DNA of 64,000 nucleotides from a virus: IMG/VR virus record IMGVR_UViG_3300021963_004549, positions 5,904 to 69,903 of that record; one strand, 5' to 3'. Shown piece by piece: positions 1 to 8,762 of this stretch (position 1 is its first letter; each line of letters starts with the position of its first letter). The notes under the pieces were generated by a model. It saw only the letters and a program-made list of their open reading frames with translations, ran no database searches and was not told where the DNA came from. The position numbers and the translations under genes were made by a program.

Positions 1-20
1 AATAATTAAAAACGAAAAAC

Positions 21-266
21 ATGAAGAAATTCTTTTCTAGTCTATTTGATGACAGCAACTCAATAAATGAGAAAGCTATAATTGGCTTTGCTTCTTTTTT
101 AATCATGATAATCTTTGCAGTTGCAGATATAATCACTGGTGCAATGCATAAAGAGTTGATTGTCAATGAGTTCATATATGACTCATTTAAAATCTTGACC
201 ATAGCTTGTTTTGGAATTGCTTCCGTGGACAAGTTTATTAACAAGAAATCTGAAACTAATGAATAG
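21..266 (+). CDS. small membrane protein, holin-like (two predicted TM segments), two genes upstream of the endolysin
   Basis: 81 aa; hydrophobic stretches AIIGFASFLIMIIFAVADIITGA and FKILTIACFGIASV; charged C-terminus; near endolysin. Confidence 0.35.
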   Translation: MKKFFSSLFDDSNSINEKAIIGFASFLIMIIFAVADIITGAMHKELIVNEFIYDSFKILTIACFGIASVDKFINKKSETNE

Positions 267-867
267 AACACTAACACTTTTTATAGTTATATTACTATTT
301 ATAATTTTAACTCAGGATAGATCATGTAATTCTACCAAAATGGAACCTACCACCACTGTAACAGTACATGATACATTGTGGAAAGTTCATGACTCATTGA
401 TTATCAAGAAGTTAAAGATTAAGGAGGTGATACATGACACTATTCAAACCCCTCCAGAATATATTGCTGACACATCCTACCCTAAGCTCAAAGCACAATA
501 TGACGCTTTGGTTGTTTCTCATTTAGCAAAGAACATCTATGCTGATACAGTGAAACTAGATACGTTAGGTTATGTGGCTATAGCTGATACAATACATAAA
601 AACAGCTTAAAGAATAGGTCTTATAAATACAACTATAAGATACCTACTGTACATACAACTACAACCATTACTAAGTACACTCCTCCTAAGAATCAATTAT
701 ATATAGGTGGTGGTATGGATGGTAACAAGACATCAGGTCTTACAAATGTAAATCTTGGATTACTCTTTAAAACTAAGAGCGATAAGATATATGGTGTAAA
801 GGTTGGTACCAATATTGAAGGTCAAATAAACTATGGCTTTCAGTTATTTTGGAAACTTAAAAAGTAA
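259..867 (+). CDS. hypothetical secreted/membrane-anchored protein
   Basis: ATG at 259 gives MNRTLTLFIVILLFIIL signal/anchor; the longer ORF-track start at 211 would overlap the upstream gene by 56 nt. Confidence 0.4.
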   Translation: MNRTLTLFIVILLFIILTQDRSCNSTKMEPTTTVTVHDTLWKVHDSLIIKKLKIKEVIHDTIQTPPEYIADTSYPKLKAQYDALVVSHLAKNIYADTVKLDTLGYVAIADTIHKNSLKNRSYKYNYKIPTVHTTTTITKYTPPKNQLYIGGGMDGNKTSGLTNVNLGLLFKTKSDKIYGVKVGTNIEGQINYGFQLFWKLKK

Positions 868-870
868 AAC

Positions 871-1020
871 ATGAAGAAGATTTTAGATATAATTAAGAAG
901 CTATTTGGTAAGAAGAAACTTTCTGGTAAAGCTGTAGAGGTAGCTGCACCAGCTGTCGTTAAACCTGCAACTCCTAAAAAGAAACCTGCTAAAAAGAAAA
1001 AGAAAAATGAACCTAAATGA
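871..1020 (+). CDS. small Lys-rich basic protein (49 aa; C-terminal PKKKPAKKKKK)
   Basis: ORF below the track threshold; MKKILDIIKKLFGKKKLSGKAVEVAAPAVVKPATPKKKPAKKKKKNEPK; histone-H1-tail-like composition. Confidence 0.3.
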   Translation: MKKILDIIKKLFGKKKLSGKAVEVAAPAVVKPATPKKKPAKKKKKNEPK

Positions 1021-1603
1021 GTTAAAGGGACATGTTCCTGATAATGTTATTGCACAGATTCCTGATGTACAGGCTAAGTTTGAAATCAACACACCGTTGC
1101 GTTTAGCTCATTTCTTGGCACAATGCGGTCATGAATCTGGTGGATTCAAAGTTGTTACAGAGAACTTGAACTATGGTGCTAAAGGATTATCCGTAACATT
1201 TAAGAAGTACTTTACACCTGAAAGTGCTGAAGAGTTTAAACGCAAGCCTGAGAAGATTGCTAACATTGTTTATGCAAACAGAATGGGTAACGGTAATCAG
1301 GCTTCAGGAGAAGGTTGGAAGTTCAGAGGACGTGGATACATTCAGCTTACTGGAAAGGACAACTATACAGCTTTTGATAAAACTGTAGAGGATGACATCC
1401 TTGCTACCCCTGAGCTTGTGGCTACAAAATATCCTTTATTATCTGCAGCTTGGTTCTTCCATAAGAATGGGTTACATAAGATTGCTGATGAGGGGGCTAC
1501 AGATGAGGTGGTTACTAAGGTTACTAAACGTGTTAATGGTGGTAATAATGGCTTAGCAGATAGACTTAAACACTTCAAAGAGTATTATTCATTATTAAAA
1601 TAA
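1007..1603 (+). CDS. endolysin, glycoside hydrolase family 19-like (COG3179 lysozyme/chitinase-like)
   Basis: motifs LAHFLAQCGHESGGF, NYGAKGL, RGRGYIQLTGKDNY typical of phage GH19-type lysins. Confidence 0.75.
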   Translation: MNLNELKGHVPDNVIAQIPDVQAKFEINTPLRLAHFLAQCGHESGGFKVVTENLNYGAKGLSVTFKKYFTPESAEEFKRKPEKIANIVYANRMGNGNQASGEGWKFRGRGYIQLTGKDNYTAFDKTVEDDILATPELVATKYPLLSAAWFFHKNGLHKIADEGATDEVVTKVTKRVNGGNNGLADRLKHFKEYYSLLK

Positions 1604-1609
1604 ACCAAT

Positions 1610-1717
1610 ATGGCAAATGCTAAAAAGAAACCTGTTGCTAGACGTAGCAGACGTTCTGGAATAAAAACAGCAACACAAATCAAAACCAATTTAGAAATCC
1701 TTAAAAAATACAAGTAA
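1610..1717 (+). CDS. small basic protein (35 aa)
   Basis: MANAKKKPVARRSRRSGIKTATQIKTNLEILKKYK; ATGG start context; overlaps next ATG (TAATGG). Confidence 0.3.
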   Translation: MANAKKKPVARRSRRSGIKTATQIKTNLEILKKYK

Positions 1718-1842
1718 TGGCAAAAGCAAAAGGCGGTGATGTTAGAAAGATTAGCTTTGGTAAACGCAAGGGAGGTAAAGCTAAAAAGACTAGTGGACCA
1801 AAGGAAAAAGCTGTAAGCAAATACAGAGGACAGGGAAAGTAA
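1717..1842 (+). CDS. small Lys/Gly-rich basic protein (41 aa)
   Basis: MAKAKGGDVRKISFGKRKGGKAKKTSGPKEKAVSKYRGQGK; same MAK..GGK style as the basic cluster at 6.7-9.4 kb. Confidence 0.3.
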   Translation: MAKAKGGDVRKISFGKRKGGKAKKTSGPKEKAVSKYRGQGK

Positions 1843-1844
1843 AA

Positions 1845-1865
1845 CTCTAACGAAAAAAGTTAGAG
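1845..1865 (+). terminator. stem-loop ctctaac-gaaaaaa-gttagag after the small basic gene pair (weak, no U-tract)
   Basis: 7-bp perfect inverted repeat read directly. Confidence 0.25.
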
Positions 1866-1952
1866 TGGATATAACTAATTTGATTATTGTAAATTATTGA
1901 TACTCATTGATTATAGTAAAAAACAACATATCTTTGAACATTAATTTTAATC

Positions 1953-2552
1953 ATGGCAATACCAAGTCAACAAATAGGTTGGGGCCCTCAGGAAAAACTC
2001 CTATGGCAAATCTCAAAGCAATTGGAGAAATTGGGATGTCAGCTTTGTAATGTAAGTGTACCAGGTCCACAAGGTCCTCCAGGTGTAACAGGAGGGTACC
2101 TAGGATCTTTCTATGACACCACAAATCAAACAGGTGTTGCAGGAAGTGTTCTTACAATGAATCTTAGTAATTCAGATTCTTGGAATAATGGTGTATCAGT
2201 TGCTTCTGGTAATAGAATAGTTATAGCTAACCCTGGTGTGTATAACATAGCATTTAGTGCTCAGATGATAAAAAATAGTGGTAACACTGCTACACATGCT
2301 CACATATGGTTATCTCAAAATGGTACAGATGTGCCTATAAGTGCTTCACAAATAGGATTTCCTTCTAACTCTGTATATGTAGTTGCTGCTTGGAATTTCT
2401 TTTTCAAAACAACAGTTGCAAATGAGTATGTTCAACTTAAGTGGGAAATAAATAGTAATGTAGATAATGGAGTGGTGATAACATCAGCGTTAGCTTCAGG
2501 AAATGTTCCTGCTATTCCTGGTCTAATCGTAACAGTAAATCAAGTAGGATAA
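1953..2552 (+). CDS. fiber-like structural protein with short collagen-like motif (GPQGPPGVTGG)
   Basis: N-terminal MAIPSQQ..LLWQISKQLEKL module shared with the ORF at 2570; beta-rich Asn/Ser/Val C-terminal domain. Confidence 0.4.
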   Translation: MAIPSQQIGWGPQEKLLWQISKQLEKLGCQLCNVSVPGPQGPPGVTGGYLGSFYDTTNQTGVAGSVLTMNLSNSDSWNNGVSVASGNRIVIANPGVYNIAFSAQMIKNSGNTATHAHIWLSQNGTDVPISASQIGFPSNSVYVVAAWNFFFKTTVANEYVQLKWEINSNVDNGVVITSALASGNVPAIPGLIVTVNQVG

Positions 2553-2569
2553 AATAAAATATTAATAAA

Positions 2570-2713
2570 ATGGCAATACCATCAAGACCTTTAAGCCAGG
2601 ACCCTCAATCTCAGTTGCTTTGGAACATATCCAAACAACTTGATCAATTAATTGGAATAGTGGGTACAATAGCTAATAGTACAACAACAACAACAACTAC
2701 AGCCACACCATAA
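2570..2713 (+). CDS. small paralog of the N-terminal module of 1953..2552, ending in a poly-Thr tail
   Basis: MAIPSRPLSQDPQSQLLWNISKQLDQLIGIVGTIANSTTTTTTTATP (47 aa); conserved LLWxISKQL motif. Confidence 0.3.
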   Translation: MAIPSRPLSQDPQSQLLWNISKQLDQLIGIVGTIANSTTTTTTTATP

Positions 2714-2740
2714 AGAAAACAAAACCAACAAACTACATAT

Positions 2741-3757
2741 ATGAAGGATCTCAGATTTATCTGTGCTCAACCAGATGATACCTATTACACATGGCAGGTA
2801 CATTTATGGATAGAGAGCTTAAGAAAAATTGGACATTCAGACAAAGCAATTGTGCTTATATTCATTCCTAGTTATAGGGAAAAGAATACCAAATGGCAGC
2901 AAGTGATAGACCTCTATCCAGAAGCTGAATTTGTATTCTACAAAGATGAGCACAAGATTAGTAACATGTTAGGAGTTTATATTCCTGTGTTGCGTCCTTA
3001 TTGTCTGAAAAGATATTTTGAAGATAATCCAGGGATGAAAGATAAAGCTGTTATGTATTGTGATTCAGACGTAGTGTTTACAAAGAATTTCAATGTAGAT
3101 GCTTATCTGGATGATGATATAAACTATGTATCTGATACAAACAGTTATATCAACGCTTCATATTTTGATAGTAAGATTAAAGATGTAAAGCCTGAAAAGA
3201 TTGAGCTGTACAAAACTAGAGACATTCTAGCTGAAACAGCAGAACTTACAGGCATAACTAGAGAGATAGCTGAGGCTAATAATCAGCATTCAGGAGGAGC
3301 ACAATACCTATTAAAGAATATTGACAGTGAGTTTTGGGCAAAGGTATTGGAAGACTGTTTGGTAATTAGAACACATTTACTAAACGTGAACAGAGAATTC
3401 TTCGAGAATGAAAATAAAGGCTTTCAAAGTTGGTGTGCTGATATGTGGGCTGTTCTCTGGGCTATTTGGTATAGGAATCAAGAAGCGAAGATTATTCCTG
3501 AAATGGATTTTGCTTGGTCTTCTGATCCAATTCAGAAACTAGAGAGAACAGGACTCTTACATAATGCAGGAATTGTTGGTGATGAAGCCAATGGGTATCC
3601 TGCTTTCTATAAAGGAAAGTATCACACAGGACAAGATCCTTTAGATGATCCTCATTTACAAGAAGTTATAAATAATGAGAACAGTCAGAAGTATTGCACT
3701 CACTATTATGCATCTAAACTGATAGAATTAAAAGAAAAATACAAATTATTATATTAA
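2741..3757 (+). CDS. putative GT-A fold glycosyltransferase (DxD motif)
   Basis: VMYCDSDVVF DxD-like motif in a nucleotide-sugar-transferase-like context; embedded among fiber-like genes. Confidence 0.3.
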   Translation: MKDLRFICAQPDDTYYTWQVHLWIESLRKIGHSDKAIVLIFIPSYREKNTKWQQVIDLYPEAEFVFYKDEHKISNMLGVYIPVLRPYCLKRYFEDNPGMKDKAVMYCDSDVVFTKNFNVDAYLDDDINYVSDTNSYINASYFDSKIKDVKPEKIELYKTRDILAETAELTGITREIAEANNQHSGGAQYLLKNIDSEFWAKVLEDCLVIRTHLLNVNREFFENENKGFQSWCADMWAVLWAIWYRNQEAKIIPEMDFAWSSDPIQKLERTGLLHNAGIVGDEANGYPAFYKGKYHTGQDPLDDPHLQEVINNENSQKYCTHYYASKLIELKEKYKLLY

Positions 3758-3772
3758 CAAAAAACGATTATT

Positions 3773-4357
3773 ATGAGTAATAAGAGAGACTTAAAAGCCT
3801 TTGTTCGCTTCGATGGAAGTGGAAGAATCGTTGCTGGTAGCTTAATTCTTAGGAAGAAAAAACCAAAGGTGGGTAAATGGTATGAAATTCAAGCATACGA
3901 ATGTTGTAATTACATTCCTACAACTACCACTACAACAACTGCAACTCCTACAACCACCACCACCACAACAGATTCTTTTCAAACAATAACTTTAAATTAT
4001 AATGGTACATTGTGTGGAGTGGAGACAGATTGGTCACAAAAAACACCAGCTCAGGTAAAATGTGATTGGATTGAAATATTTGCTAGCGGTAGTCCTAGTT
4101 ATGGCGGAGGTTCATTCTTATATTATGCTTCTGCAGGATTTAATGTAGGAACACAATTATATAATACAACTCCTGGAAATCCTCCTATTACATTCAGTGG
4201 TACTTATATATATTATTTAACTGGTTCTTATTTAACTGCAAAGGTGTTTACATTAACAACTGGTGTCATTTCTGCAATATATGAACTTGCTGATTTACCT
4301 GTGTGTGAACCATATATTTGTCCTACAACTACAACAACAACTACTCCTGCACCTTAA
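3773..4357 (+). CDS. virion-associated protein, CCN N-module family, with poly-Thr linker and poly-Thr C-terminal tail
   Basis: N-term LKAFVRFDGSGRIVAGSLIL..KVGKWYEIQAYECCN is paralogous to 4371..4769; TTTTTTATPTTTTTTT and C-terminal TTTTTTTPAP. Confidence 0.45.
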   Translation: MSNKRDLKAFVRFDGSGRIVAGSLILRKKKPKVGKWYEIQAYECCNYIPTTTTTTTATPTTTTTTTDSFQTITLNYNGTLCGVETDWSQKTPAQVKCDWIEIFASGSPSYGGGSFLYYASAGFNVGTQLYNTTPGNPPITFSGTYIYYLTGSYLTAKVFTLTTGVISAIYELADLPVCEPYICPTTTTTTTPAP

Positions 4358-4370
4358 AACTAAATAAAAA

Positions 4371-4769
4371 ATGGCAAATCAAAATAAATTAAAAGCCTGG
4401 GTTAGATATGATGGCACAGGTAGAGTGATAGCTGGTGGTCCAATTCTACAAAGGTTCAAACCTGCTGTTGGTAACTGGGTAGAAATCAATGCAAACGAGT
4501 GTTGCAATGTACCTCCCCTTCCTTCAAACTGTATTGAGTTTGTTGCAGACACAACAGATGGTACATTCTTTATCTTTAGTTTTAACACTACAGGACCTAT
4601 CAACTTCACTGTTGATTGGGGTGATGGTACAACACATCCTGATTCAGGGGCTGGTGGATTTTATGAAGAGTCACACACATATGCTCAAGAAGGTCAACAG
4701 TACACAGTACGTGTTTGTTTTGACGACATCACATCTGTAACAGAATTAAGTTTCCCTGGTAACGACTAA
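4371..4769 (+). CDS. virion-associated protein, CCN N-module family paralog
   Basis: N-term LKAWVRYDGTGRVIAGGPIL..AVGNWVEINANECCN matches the preceding gene. Confidence 0.45.
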   Translation: MANQNKLKAWVRYDGTGRVIAGGPILQRFKPAVGNWVEINANECCNVPPLPSNCIEFVADTTDGTFFIFSFNTTGPINFTVDWGDGTTHPDSGAGGFYEESHTYAQEGQQYTVRVCFDDITSVTELSFPGND

Positions 4770-4780
4770 ATTATTAAAAA

Positions 4781-5647
4781 ATGGCAGCAGTAATAACATC
4801 AATAATAGGTTTACAAAACCTAACCAATCTGCAAAACTTTAATGCAGATTATAATGGATTAACATCTATAAACTTATCCAATCTTCCCAATTTAACATAT
4901 CTTGACATTAGTGATTGTGATATTCCAGGAACTAATACATCTAGTTTAACATCTGTTAACCTATCAGGATGTACAGCTCTTCAAGAGTTACGTCTTGATG
5001 ATAGCAACTTCTCAGGTGGTATCCCTAACTTGTCTGGTTTAGATTCTTTAATATACATGGACTTTGATCAATCTGGAATCACAGGTTCAGTAGATATATC
5101 TAATCTTCCTGTACTAGAAGGATTTGATTTTTCTGGTAACACAGGACTAACAGAGTTGATTATATCAGATGCACAACCTTTAGGTGGTAATGGATATGAA
5201 TTACTTGTATACAATTGTGCTTTGACACAAACTGCAGTGGATAATATTCTTGTAGCATTAAGTGAAAGTGCTGTTACAAATGGATATGTAGATCTTTCAG
5301 GAGGAAACAACGCATCACCTAGTCAAACAGGTATAGATGCAGCTAACGTTCTTAATGATAAGAGTTGGAGTTTTGATTATGATGTAACAGCAATTAACTA
5401 TACAGTTAGTAACCTGTCTTCTCCTACTAGAGATTGTGAACTATTCCCTAATCTTGGATTGTATTCATTACAATCTGATCCATTAGAGGTTGTAAGATTC
5501 TATAATAACTCAAACCTTACTAGTCCATTTTTAGGAACTGCTGATGCTTTCTTTACATTTGTTCTTTTTGATCAACCTGAAAATGTGTACACAGCAAACA
5601 TTGATCCAGTGACTGGAGATGTTTCTAACATACAATTATGTTCTTAA
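4781..5647 (+). CDS. leucine-rich repeat (LRR) protein
   Basis: repeated LxxLxxLxLSxN units: LQNLTNLQNFNADYNGLTSINLSNLPNLTYLDISDCDI..LTSVNLSGCTALQELRLDDSNFSG. Confidence 0.55.
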   Translation: MAAVITSIIGLQNLTNLQNFNADYNGLTSINLSNLPNLTYLDISDCDIPGTNTSSLTSVNLSGCTALQELRLDDSNFSGGIPNLSGLDSLIYMDFDQSGITGSVDISNLPVLEGFDFSGNTGLTELIISDAQPLGGNGYELLVYNCALTQTAVDNILVALSESAVTNGYVDLSGGNNASPSQTGIDAANVLNDKSWSFDYDVTAINYTVSNLSSPTRDCELFPNLGLYSLQSDPLEVVRFYNNSNLTSPFLGTADAFFTFVLFDQPENVYTANIDPVTGDVSNIQLCS

Positions 5648-5659
5648 TAAACTAACAAC

Positions 5660-6064
5660 ATGGCAAAATCATTATTCCCTGATGAGATGATGAAATCAGG
5701 AGAACTAAACTTGGAAACAATAGCTGGTAAGCTTACATATTTCCATGAGCAACTACATCTATTACATTGGCAGACAAAGAGTTATGCTCAACATCAAGCT
5801 CTTGGAGGATTATATGATTATGTACATGATTTCAAGGATGGTGTTATTGAGAAGCTTATGGGATACACAGGCAAACGTCCTGCTCCATATAAAATAGAAC
5901 CTCTTACAAATTGTACAGGGGATGAATGTGTGTCAAAACTTTTATCTTTTGCATCCTCTTTAAAAAGCTATGCTGAAGCAAATAGCTACCACGATATAGC
6001 AAATCTAGCAGATGCTCTATCTGGAGAAGCAGCAAAAACTAAATACTTATTAACCTTGTCTTAA
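5660..6064 (+). CDS. hypothetical protein
   Basis: ORF with ATGG context; no recognisable motif. Confidence 0.4.
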   Translation: MAKSLFPDEMMKSGELNLETIAGKLTYFHEQLHLLHWQTKSYAQHQALGGLYDYVHDFKDGVIEKLMGYTGKRPAPYKIEPLTNCTGDECVSKLLSFASSLKSYAEANSYHDIANLADALSGEAAKTKYLLTLS

Positions 6065-6345
6065 TGCAAATTAACAAGAAATTCTTTCCTGAGGTGATGC
6101 AAGATAACGAACTTGCTTATTTTGCTCACCTTCAGGGAATTATAGACTCAGTTGATGAGTTAGCTACATTAGAAATCACTAGGAATCCTAATTCCTATCA
6201 CTTTAGACTAGCACCGTCTATACCTAGGTATAATGACATGCTGCTAGAAGAGCTTTTGAAGTTTCACAATCTCTTACAGATCCATCTAGATCTGTCTAAA
6301 AGTATAAAGAGTTCCGCAACTATTGTCTTTGATATCACCCTATAA
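6064..6345 (+). CDS. hypothetical protein
   Basis: ORF translationally coupled to the preceding gene (TAATG). Confidence 0.35.
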   Translation: MQINKKFFPEVMQDNELAYFAHLQGIIDSVDELATLEITRNPNSYHFRLAPSIPRYNDMLLEELLKFHNLLQIHLDLSKSIKSSATIVFDITL

Positions 6346-6408
6346 AATAAATTTGGTAGATATTATAGAAATACATATCTTTGTTCATAAAACCAAAAAT
6401 TTAAAACT

Positions 6409-6699
6409 ATGTCAGAAGAATTAGTAGAAACCCCAGTGCAACAAGAAGAAGTAAACGTACAAGAACCTGTTCAAGAGCCTGTTAAGTACGATCCAAACAA
6501 GAAATACACCTGGAATACAGATGATATTTTTGTTATCAACGGTTCTGAGTTTGGTGTAATCCTTAACTCACTTCGTTCACAATTAGCTACAGAAGAAGCT
6601 GCTCGTATCCTTTTAGCTAACAGAGCTAACAATACAATTGAGCAAGTGTTAGCTAGATCAGTAGAATCTGGTGTTATCAAAGAGGCTGAAAATCAATAG
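6409..6699 (+). CDS. hypothetical acidic protein
   Basis: ORF; acidic N-terminus EEVNVQEPVQEPV. Confidence 0.4.
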   Translation: MSEELVETPVQQEEVNVQEPVQEPVKYDPNKKYTWNTDDIFVINGSEFGVILNSLRSQLATEEAARILLANRANNTIEQVLARSVESGVIKEAENQ

Positions 6700-6702
6700 A
6701 TT

Positions 6703-6852
6703 ATGGCAAAAGAAATGATTAAACGCAAGGATGGTTCTGTCTCACAACGTGGGTTGTGGGACAACATTCGTGCTGCAAAAGGCTCTGGTAAGAAGCCTAC
6801 AGCTGCTATGTTAAAGCAGGAGAAGAAAATCAAGGCTAAGGCTAAGAAGTAA
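6703..6852 (+). CDS. small Lys-rich basic protein (49 aa), first member of the polycationic array
   Basis: MAKEMIKRKDGSVSQRGLWDNIRAAKGSGKKPTAAMLKQEKKIKAKAKK. Confidence 0.35.
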   Translation: MAKEMIKRKDGSVSQRGLWDNIRAAKGSGKKPTAAMLKQEKKIKAKAKK

Positions 6853-6932
6853 TGAACGATCATTGCCCAATACATGAATTAGCTCTTGAGGAAGGACAAT
6901 GTCCTAAATGTCTAGAACAATCTAATATATAA
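6852..6932 (+). CDS. tiny Cys/His-rich peptide (26 aa), possible zinc knuckle
   Basis: MNDHCPIHELALEEGQCPKCLEQSNI; CxxH...CxxC spacing. Confidence 0.2.
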   Translation: MNDHCPIHELALEEGQCPKCLEQSNI

Positions 6933-6937
6933 ATAAA

Positions 6938-7474
6938 ATGGCAACTATTAAAAAAGCCCAAGCTGGTCTTAAACATAGCCAATACAAAAGAATTGGTAGA
7001 CTAGAAAAGAAAAATCCTGAAAGAGCTGAAAAAGTATTAGGACGCATGACAGAAAGAGCTACACGTTATAAGCGTGGTAAAGCGTTTGCTGAATCTCTTA
7101 TGCCTAAGGAAGACCTACCTGCATTTAAGGCTAGAACTATGGCAGAAGCTAAAGATAATAAGAAAGCCCAAGGTGGTAAGGTAAAGAAATCATTCCCTGA
7201 TTTAAATAAGGATGGTAAGATTACTAAAGCTGATATCCTTAAAGGACGTGGTGTTATTGCTAAGAAGGGTGCTAAGATTAAGAAAGCTCAAGCTGGATTA
7301 ACTGCTTCTAATAAGCGTGTAGGACCAATTGATCCTAAAGGTGCTTGGACTAAGGTTCAAGAAATGAACTTACCTCCTCGTAATGTTAAAACTAAAGTTA
7401 GTCTTACAAGAGACAAACAGTTAGGTGCTACAAAAATGAAGATGGGTGGTAAAGCAAAAGCTAAAAAGAAATAG
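6938..7474 (+). CDS. polycationic Lys/Ala/Gly-rich protein, KKAQxG repeat family (histone-H1-like composition)
   Basis: MATIKKAQAGL..RLEKKNPERAEKV..KKAQGGKVKK..IKKAQAGL..KMGGKAKAKKK; no hydrophobic core. Confidence 0.5.
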   Translation: MATIKKAQAGLKHSQYKRIGRLEKKNPERAEKVLGRMTERATRYKRGKAFAESLMPKEDLPAFKARTMAEAKDNKKAQGGKVKKSFPDLNKDGKITKADILKGRGVIAKKGAKIKKAQAGLTASNKRVGPIDPKGAWTKVQEMNLPPRNVKTKVSLTRDKQLGATKMKMGGKAKAKKK

Positions 7475-7476
7475 TC

Positions 7477-7776
7477 ATGGCTGCTATAAAAAAATATAAT
7501 GTCCCTAGAGATAATGCTATGGCAGATGCTTTAGATAGACAAGATGGTTATGGTAAGTATGCTCCCAAAAATAATGAGGCTATTAGTAATAAACCTATGA
7601 AGTCTGGTGGTAAGGTGGCTAAAGATGGTAAGTGGATGCAGAAGGTATCTAAGTCTATTAAGGCTAGAGGTACAGAAGGTAAATGCACTCCTATCACCAA
7701 ACCTGGTTGTACAGGTAGAGCTAAAGCTCTTGCTAAAACATTTAAGAAGATAGCTGCAAAGCGTAAAGCTAAATAA
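7477..7776 (+). CDS. polycationic Lys-rich protein, family member
   Basis: MAAIKKYNV..KSGGKVAKDGKW..AKALAKTFKKIAAKRKAK. Confidence 0.5.
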   Translation: MAAIKKYNVPRDNAMADALDRQDGYGKYAPKNNEAISNKPMKSGGKVAKDGKWMQKVSKSIKARGTEGKCTPITKPGCTGRAKALAKTFKKIAAKRKAK

Positions 7777-7777
7777 C

Positions 7778-8218
7778 ATGGCTAGAATTCCTAAAACAAA
7801 GGTTTATAATCCACAGAAGGCTGAAGCCTATGTTGGTAAGGGAGTTCTTAAAGCTGGTGGTAAAATTACTCCTGTTCCTAATGGTCCTCTTATTAAAAAG
7901 AAGGGAGAGTTTAAAGGCTCTACATTAAAGGATGGTGGTAAGGTTAGCCCAGCATGGCAAAGAAAAGAGGGTAAAAACCCTGAAGGTGGTTTAAATGCTA
8001 AGGGTGTAGCTTCTTATAGAAAAGCTAATCCAGGTAGTAAACTAAAGACAGCTGTTACCACTAAACCTTCAAAACTCAAAGCTGGTTCTAAAGCAGCAAG
8101 TAGACGTAAGTCTTTCTGTTCTAGAATGTCAGGTATGAAAAAGAAACTCACATCTGCTAAAACGGCTAACGATCCTAATAGCAGAATTAATAAATCACTT
8201 CGTAAATGGAATTGTTAA
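7778..8218 (+). CDS. polycationic Lys/Gly-rich protein, family member
   Basis: MARIPKTKVYN..KAGGKITPV..KDGGKVSPAW; TAACATGG coupling. Confidence 0.5.
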   Translation: MARIPKTKVYNPQKAEAYVGKGVLKAGGKITPVPNGPLIKKKGEFKGSTLKDGGKVSPAWQRKEGKNPEGGLNAKGVASYRKANPGSKLKTAVTTKPSKLKAGSKAASRRKSFCSRMSGMKKKLTSAKTANDPNSRINKSLRKWNC

Positions 8219-8219
8219 A

Positions 8220-8750
8220 ATGGCAAAAGTAAAAAAAGCACAACTTGGTGATCATCTTGTTAAAAGAAAATCACAAGATGATAGAATACACAGAATAGAA
8301 AAGAAAGACCCTGAAAGGGCTGAACGAGTAGCTGCTCGTGTACAAAAAAGAGCTTTAAGTTCAGTTAAACCAAGTTCAGTTAAGCCACCAAGCAAAATGT
8401 TTATACCATTAAGGGAGCGTGCAAAAGCTGCAAAAGAAAAAAAAGCTGCTGAAGCTGCAAAAGCCCCTAAAGCTCAAAGTGGCGACTCATTAGTTTATGA
8501 AACTAAAGGTGTTCGTTATCCAAAAAGAAGACTAGCTGTTGATACAACTGGCTATGCTGAGGGTAAAAAAACATTCAAAGGTACTGGTAGGTATTTAGAA
8601 GGATTAGAATCAGGTGTATATAAAGATTATCCTGCAAAACCTAAAAAATATGGCAGAAAGATTGTAAAATCAATCATAAATGCTAAAGGTGCAACACCAA
8701 AGAAAAGAACTGGTGGTAATATTACCAAGAAAAAAATTGTTAAAAAATAA
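8220..8750 (+). CDS. polycationic Lys-rich protein, paralog of 6938..7474
   Basis: MAKVKKAQLGD..RIEKKDPERAERV parallels MATIKKAQAGL..RLEKKNPERAEKV. Confidence 0.5.
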   Translation: MAKVKKAQLGDHLVKRKSQDDRIHRIEKKDPERAERVAARVQKRALSSVKPSSVKPPSKMFIPLRERAKAAKEKKAAEAAKAPKAQSGDSLVYETKGVRYPKRRLAVDTTGYAEGKKTFKGTGRYLEGLESGVYKDYPAKPKKYGRKIVKSIINAKGATPKKRTGGNITKKKIVKK

Positions 8751-8762
8751 AAACTTATAAAA

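Noticed and set aside
3890-4360. Short repeated ACA/ACT units that resemble repeat arrays (CRISPR-like or tandem repeats)
   Set aside because: They lie in-frame inside ORFs and encode poly-Thr. There are no spacer-like unique units and no cas genes, so this is not CRISPR.
1953-4769. Paralogous N-terminal modules read as diversity-generating-retroelement template and variable repeats
   Set aside because: No reverse transcriptase is present in the window. The repeats are diverged at protein level without adenine-specific substitutions, and the shared part is N-terminal, not C-terminal.
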